From contig CBDDIJ010000002.1 of the NCBI GenBank assembly GCA_965228855.1, positions 1,824,001 through 1,888,000 on the forward strand: a stretch of DNA of 64,000 nucleotides, given 5' to 3'. The position numbers were made by a program, and so were the translations under genes. Below the pieces are notes generated by a model. The model was given only the letters and a program-made list of their open reading frames with translations. It did not search any database and was not told the origin of the DNA. Positions 58,879-64,000 of this stretch are shown piece after piece (the first letter of the stretch is position 1; the number at the start of each line of letters is the position of its first letter). Origin of the DNA: Candidatus Obscuribacterales bacterium (GTDB lineage: Bacteria; Cyanobacteriota; Vampirovibrionia; Obscuribacterales; Obscuribacteraceae).

Positions 58879-59967
58879 ATGGTCACTTCCTCCAGTTTGA
58901 AACAATCCGTAGTGGAACTTGCTGCGTCCAAGGGTTTCAGCAACACCGTTATCGGTGCGCTCGAGCCCATGACCGACGAGTTGCAGCATTACAGAGAGTG
59001 GCTGGAAAGAGGCTACTCGGCTGGCATGGAGTACATGAAACGCAGTCCCGAGTTTCGTAACTCGCCGCAGTTGCTGTACCCTGGCAGTCGTTCTGCCATC
59101 ATCGTCTCTGTCAGCTACTACACGGAAAAGCCTGAGTCGCCTGGTCCCTTCTACGGGAGCGTCGCTCGCTATGCAGTCGGACTTGACTATCATGCCGTGA
59201 TTCGCCGAAAGCTGCGCGAATTGCGCGACTTATTGGCTGAACGACTTGGATTGACTGTGGTTGGGAAACCGTTTGTAGACTCCGTCGCGCTTTATGAACA
59301 GGGATTTAGCGCTCGGCACGGCTTGGGCTTCGCGGGTAAGAACACCCTGATAATTGGTCCAAAGCTATCTGGAAGCTATCATTTCGTCGCGGAGCTCTTC
59401 GTCGATGTTGAAATCGATGCTGATGAAAAGTACCGAGGAACCTGTGGAAGTTGCTTCCGCTGCGGTTCCGGATGCCCTACGGACGCGATTGTCGAACCGG
59501 GTTTCGTCGACGCGAATTTATGCATCTCCTATTTGACCATCGAGAACAAAGACGGCATCCCGCTCGAGCTGCGCCGGAAGCTCGGCAAGTGGGTTTTCGG
59601 ATGTGATGTCTGCCAGGAGGTCTGCCCGTACAATCAGCGCCCGCCGGAAACTCCCTGGGAGGAGTTTAGACCTGAGGCCGGTGCTGGACACTATCTGTAT
59701 TTGCCGGACCTTTTGCTGATTAAGACGGAAGAGGAATTCCATCGTCGCTTCGAACACACGCCGCTGCGCCGCCCTAAGCGCAAGGGATTGATTCGAAACG
59801 CGCTTGTGGTGCTCGGCAACGAGTTGCGGAGCGCACGCGTCGAACGGTCTATGGATGAAAAGTTGATACTACCGGTAGTGCAGCGACTGGAATGGTTTCG
59901 CGCAGCTGAAGAAGATCCGATGCTTCGCGAACATGCTGAATGGGCTCTGCTCCAGGCAAAGGTTTAA
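58879..59967 (+). CDS. queG: Epoxyqueuosine reductase
   Basis: RYA.G.DYH, GKN, CGSCFRC..GCPT, CISYLTIE, GCDVCQEVCPYN. Confidence 0.95.
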   Translation: MVTSSSLKQSVVELAASKGFSNTVIGALEPMTDELQHYREWLERGYSAGMEYMKRSPEFRNSPQLLYPGSRSAIIVSVSYYTEKPESPGPFYGSVARYAVGLDYHAVIRRKLRELRDLLAERLGLTVVGKPFVDSVALYEQGFSARHGLGFAGKNTLIIGPKLSGSYHFVAELFVDVEIDADEKYRGTCGSCFRCGSGCPTDAIVEPGFVDANLCISYLTIENKDGIPLELRRKLGKWVFGCDVCQEVCPYNQRPPETPWEEFRPEAGAGHYLYLPDLLLIKTEEEFHRRFEHTPLRRPKRKGLIRNALVVLGNELRSARVERSMDEKLILPVVQRLEWFRAAEEDPMLREHAEWALLQAKV

Positions 59968-60266
59968 ACGGTAAACATCTGGCGGGTGATTGTGAAACTG
60001 TCACCCCAGAAGCGCGAGTTGTCCATAATCATGATCAGGTGCTTCTTCTCATTGGTTTTCTGCGAGACAACGAGCTTCATGTCGCAGGCGGGGTTTTTCT
60101 CAAGGAGTGCTTTGTTGACCTGATCTGCAAGAGTAACAGCGCCTTCTTCCTGAATTTCGCGAGCATTCGCCTTGAAAAGCTTCATGAAGTCTTCGAACAG
60201 ACCAGTTTGAAGCAAATGCGTCAGCTCATCGATTTTGGCTGCCGAAAGCGTGCCCTCGTTTGGCAT
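59964..60266 (-). CDS. Hypothetical protein
   Basis: ORF with GAGGT RBS before MPNEG. Confidence 0.55.
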   Translation of the reverse strand: MPNEGTLSAAKIDELTHLLQTGLFEDFMKLFKANAREIQEEGAVTLADQVNKALLEKNPACDMKLVVSQKTNEKKHLIMIMDNSRFWGDSFTITRQMFTV

Positions 60267-60398
60267 TTTTGTGCGACCTCGTACCATTACTCGAATTCAC
60301 TATTCCCATTTTGCCTCGGTCCTAACCTCCGGCGTGCGCACATCCGCGGACGGGTGGTCATTCTCAGAAAAATTCAGGTGACAAATGTCCTGCAACTT

Positions 60399-61607
60399 TT
60401 ACCATTGCCAGGGAACATTGACGGGTTCATGCTTTCGCTTAGTTAATCGTTCAATAAAGGAACGGTATTCGTCGCGCTGACCCTGCAGTATCGCCAGAGC
60501 CTCTGCGCTGGTTGGCAGTTCAATCACAGGCGATGGAGCGAGTCTCACGTCTCGAACCCCGTGTATCAATGGCTCATTTGTCGCCGGCTGAACTCTGGGG
60601 TTAACTGCCTTATCGAATTTTTGAATCAGGGAGGTTATGAGTTCTTGTCCTCTGACACTGGTTGCTTGGAGGCGGGCGAGCAGGAGGTTCTCAGGGCGCA
60701 TCTCCTTCATGCTCTTCGTGATCTCGGATACTGAGCCGGCACTCAGGTATTGATTTGCAAGCTCTAGCAACTCGGTCTCTCCGAAAAGTCCGGCGTTGTC
60801 GCGCACACTCTCCAGGTCTTTGCGAAAGTCTTCGTACAGTCCCAGGTTGAAGTTGATAAGCGCGCGAGCTCCGTGTGCCGCAGGGTTGAATGGCAACCAG
60901 CGCAAGACGTCATCAACGGCAGCACGCGCGAGGTCATAGCGGCGCTGGTCGTAGAGGTCGAAACAATATCCGGAGAGGTATGAAATTCGATTTTCTGGCT
61001 TGAAATATCGAAATTTCTCAATCCACGTTTTGTTTAAACGCGCGGATAGTTCAGAAATTCCATGCTGAGTGACAAGCGGCATGTCGTAAGAAATCAGCTG
61101 CAACGATCGAGCGAATCCAAGTTGAGCAAAGTCTCGATCATCAGCCTTTGAAGATGCAAGGCGCAAAGTCAGCAGCTCCGGAAGTTGCGAGATGATCGAC
61201 ATCGTCCCGCCTCGTAGATTTTCGCCTGCTGCTTCGAGGTAAGTCAGCTTCGGCATATTCAACAGCATGGAGAAACCGTCATCACCAGCCACGGTTGATA
61301 CAATGTGCAAACCGGATAACTGCGTTAATCCGCTCAGGTGGCGAAGACCCTCGCTTCCAACTGCGGCATTATCGAGCGCCAACCAATCGAGCGACTTCAG
61401 TTTGCCAATGTGTTTCAAGCCATCGTTCGATATTCGTGTGTCGAGAAGGTGAAGCTCCTTCAACTTTGTGCAGCGCGAAATCAACTCTGCACCTGCGTCT
61501 GTCACACCAGGACCATAAATAACCAGGCTTCGAAACTTGGGTAGGTCCTCAATGCGATTTTGGAGATCGTTGTCTGTCCACGTGCCGATGAACGCGTCAA
61601 TTGCCAT
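60399..61607 (-). CDS. Leucine-rich repeat plus TPR protein
   Basis: Repeats L..L.L..T..SD.GL..(I/L); TPR-like helices downstream; GGAGG RBS. Confidence 0.8.
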   Translation of the reverse strand: MAIDAFIGTWTDNDLQNRIEDLPKFRSLVIYGPGVTDAGAELISRCTKLKELHLLDTRISNDGLKHIGKLKSLDWLALDNAAVGSEGLRHLSGLTQLSGLHIVSTVAGDDGFSMLLNMPKLTYLEAAGENLRGGTMSIISQLPELLTLRLASSKADDRDFAQLGFARSLQLISYDMPLVTQHGISELSARLNKTWIEKFRYFKPENRISYLSGYCFDLYDQRRYDLARAAVDDVLRWLPFNPAAHGARALINFNLGLYEDFRKDLESVRDNAGLFGETELLELANQYLSAGSVSEITKSMKEMRPENLLLARLQATSVRGQELITSLIQKFDKAVNPRVQPATNEPLIHGVRDVRLAPSPVIELPTSAEALAILQGQRDEYRSFIERLTKRKHEPVNVPWQW

Positions 61608-61738
61608 AACGCAGCCTCCATAAGTCTGTGGGACTCCACCATGGCCGATATACCCAAATTTTGGCTGATTTCAGGCTTCTGTGACTGTGTGTAAATGGGA
61701 ATATTGGAGAGGAGTATGCTGACTGCAAAATACTTTCT

Positions 61739-64000
61739 ATGTCAGATGTCAGAAATGTGTGTCCGAAGTGTCGTCGTCCGCTCAGCGCGGATGGCTCAAT
61801 CACGCAGTGGATTGCATTGTGTAGCTGTGACAGTGCACCACGAGCGGTGCCTGCCGCTGAAGAGATGGAACCTGTAAACCTCTGTCTGAAGTGCGGTAAG
61901 CGCAGTGCTGCTGGTCGCGCTGGTAGTTTCACTCAGTGGATTCTCAGAAGTGATACGTGCGTCTGCGAAGCTCCTGAGCTTGCCTCGGCAATTGATTCAG
62001 CCGTGGCTGCGAGCCAATCTACTGCGCAGGAATCAAATTCCGAAGAAACCGCTTTTGAGGAAGCTGAGCTGAAACTTGACCCGCTGACCTTTCCGCTCGA
62101 GCGATACAAACCTCTCGCGTTGCTCGGGCAAGGAACCTCTGGTCGCGTCTATCGATGTAGTGATAGACTTCTCGGAAAGCATGTTGCCGTTAAATGTTTA
62201 AACGCTGTCACTCCACAGCAGTTGATCTCGTTTCAGCAGGAGGCGAGGGCGACTAGCTTATTGACCCATCCTGGTGTTGTCTCCGTTATGGATTTCGGCA
62301 GTACCGCCGATGGTGCTCCTTTCATGGTGCTGGAGTATTTTGCAGGTCAAAGCCTGCAGCACCTATTAGAAACACACGGACCATTGTCTCAGAGACTAGC
62401 TCTTCAGCTATTCATCCGCATCGTCGAAGCTCTTAAATATGCTCACTCAAAAAATGTTTTTCATCGTGACCTGAAGAGTTCGAATATTCTTTTGACCTTA
62501 AATGATGATGACCAATTCGATGTCCGGATTATAGACTTTGGCATTGCTTCTATTAAGGACACTGGTCAAAATGGCACCGCTTCCGGTGGCGAATCCATAA
62601 TCGGAACACCGGCTTACATGGCGCCTGATCAGGCACGGGGATTGCCTTTCGATGAGCGTTCCGAGATCTACAACCTGGGTTGCGTGATGTTTGAAGCGCT
62701 CACGGGGCGTCCGCCATTTTTAAGCGAAACTGCTCTGGAGACTATTCGCATGCATGCTCAGGAGAAGGTTCCCGAATTGGGCGAGATGCGCCCCGACCTC
62801 AATTTCGACCGCATCCAGTCGCTGATTTCTAAATGTCTGGAAAAGGAACCGGCTAATAGATTTCAATCGATGGCGGAATTGCTTCCGGCTTTAGAGTCTC
62901 TGCAATTGAGGTCCGCAAGCGATAGCGCTTCAATTGAACGGAAAAGCGCCGGCCCTCAGAATCCGTATGTCGCGGTTGTTGCCGTGCTTCTTTTTTTCTC
63001 GGGTTTGCTAGTTCTTTTTGCGATGAAGCAAAACGTCGACCGCAAGTCGCAGAGCGAGCAACAACTCGCGTCGCAGAAGGCTGCGAAGTTACGAGTTGAA
63101 AGCTCCGCCGCTCGACTATCGAATCTATTTCAAGAAGATAACGGAAGCTTCTGGTCCACGAGCGAAGAGATTACGGACGACGACATCGTGGCTCTTTGTC
63201 GGAAACGAGGGGAATCCATAAAATGTCTGACCCTTCATTCGCCGGCTCTGGATCCGAAGGTCCGAATCTCGAAGAGAGGCTGGGGAGCGCTGGCGAGGAC
63301 AAATGTCACTGAGCTTGTTCTGAGTCAATGCGGACTGACTGATGATGAGCTTCAGTACATTGCAAAAATCAAGTCGCTCGTTGACCTCAATATTAGTCGA
63401 AACAAAATTTCTAACAGGGGAATTGCCTATCTCGCTAACCACCCTGCGATAGGCTCACTGACCTTGTCCGACACTCTAGTGGACGATCTGTGCATAGACA
63501 CGATAAGAACTATACCGGGTCTTCGTCATCTCGATATAGAGGATACCCAGCTCAGTGACATTGGCTTAAAAGGTCTCAGGAACTCGCCATTGTCATCGCT
63601 GAGCATCGGCTCAACTAAAGTCACGGATGCGGGAATGCAATTTATAGCAGAGATGCCTGGCTTACAGGGTCTGTACCTGGAGCACCTCAATTTGACTGAT
63701 GAAGGATTGCGGCATCTCGCTCGTCTGCCGCTCTCTCGTTTATCGGTCGATTCGCAGGCGAATTTTGACGACTCATCGCTTCAACTTATCGTGAACTCTT
63801 TTCCTAATCTAACGGTTTTGCTCTTGAGTGAAACCAAAGTTACCGGCCGGGGACTGCTGCTGTTGCCTCAGCTCAAAGAGCTCGAGAGGCTTTCCTGCAT
63901 CAACCTTCGACTTACTGACGAGACTGCCGCGCCGATTTTTCAATTGAAGAAATTAAACGACCTGTCGATCTCAATCAACAAAATTACGGACAAATCAGTT
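61739..64000 (+). CDS. Ser/Thr protein kinase with N-terminal Cys motifs, TM helix and C-terminal LRRs (3' truncated; absent from ORF track)
   Basis: Own translation: MSDVRNVCPKC..., LGQGTSGRVY, VAVK, HRDLKSSN, DFG, GTPAYMAPD, TM near 62970, then LRRs to the window end. Confidence 0.9.
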   Translation, partial: MSDVRNVCPKCRRPLSADGSITQWIALCSCDSAPRAVPAAEEMEPVNLCLKCGKRSAAGRAGSFTQWILRSDTCVCEAPELASAIDSAVAASQSTAQESNSEETAFEEAELKLDPLTFPLERYKPLALLGQGTSGRVYRCSDRLLGKHVAVKCLNAVTPQQLISFQQEARATSLLTHPGVVSVMDFGSTADGAPFMVLEYFAGQSLQHLLETHGPLSQRLALQLFIRIVEALKYAHSKNVFHRDLKSSNILLTLNDDDQFDVRIIDFGIASIKDTGQNGTASGGESIIGTPAYMAPDQARGLPFDERSEIYNLGCVMFEALTGRPPFLSETALETIRMHAQEKVPELGEMRPDLNFDRIQSLISKCLEKEPANRFQSMAELLPALESLQLRSASDSASIERKSAGPQNPYVAVVAVLLFFSGLLVLFAMKQNVDRKSQSEQQLASQKAAKLRVESSAARLSNLFQEDNGSFWSTSEEITDDDIVALCRKRGESIKCLTLHSPALDPKVRISKRGWGALARTNVTELVLSQCGLTDDELQYIAKIKSLVDLNISRNKISNRGIAYLANHPAIGSLTLSDTLVDDLCIDTIRTIPGLRHLDIEDTQLSDIGLKGLRNSPLSSLSIGSTKVTDAGMQFIAEMPGLQGLYLEHLNLTDEGLRHLARLPLSRLSVDSQANFDDSSLQLIVNSFPNLTVLLLSETKVTGRGLLLLPQLKELERLSCINLRLTDETAAPIFQLKKLNDLSISINKITDKSV

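Noticed and set aside
57705..59967. queA/queG as a 7-deazaguanine DNA modification system
   Set aside because: These are ordinary tRNA queuosine enzymes; no dpdA or other dpd genes are present
61695..61877. 60-aa ORF in the track
   Set aside because: Out of frame with, and overlapping, the real kinase gene starting at 61739

Overview
Bacterial chromosomal window with two parts. (1) About 1-21720 is the right-hand end of an integrative mobilisable/conjugative element that abuts the 3' end of an initiator tRNA-Met gene (21721-21797, minus strand). Left of a candidate oriT (~9950) lie the end of a type I hsdS, three excisionase-like HTH genes, a TPR protein, a membrane-anchored J-domain protein, ssb, a GP88-like Cys-rich protein coupled to radC, and an AbiEi/AbiEii toxin-antitoxin pair with long palindromic operators. 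To its right are an RHH-relaxase-VirD4 module and four cargo genes, three with PD-(D/E)xK-type nuclease motifs plus a DUF4238-like gene, which look like an uncharacterised defence cassette. No integrase or mating-pair genes are visible in the window. (2) About 21800-64000 is host backbone: dtd, cpdA, kdsB, a GDPD, GGDEF proteins, an M48 peptidase, yggT, thiL, folD, otsA, an NrtR-box-preceded SPFH/NAD-kinase-like pair next to cinA, queA, queG, and an LRR Ser/Thr kinase running off the right edge. The gene repertoire suggests a non-photosynthetic cyanobacterial relative (Melainabacteria/Vampirovibrionia), but that is inference. The best novelty candidates are the DUF4238-DUF4365-Zn-ribbon nuclease operon, an unnamed domain shared by the J-domain protein, a VirD4-coupled membrane protein and possibly the TM-less VirD4 N-terminus, and the GP88-RadC/SSB leading region with hairpin-type promoters. 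All family calls come from motif recognition by eye, with no database searches.
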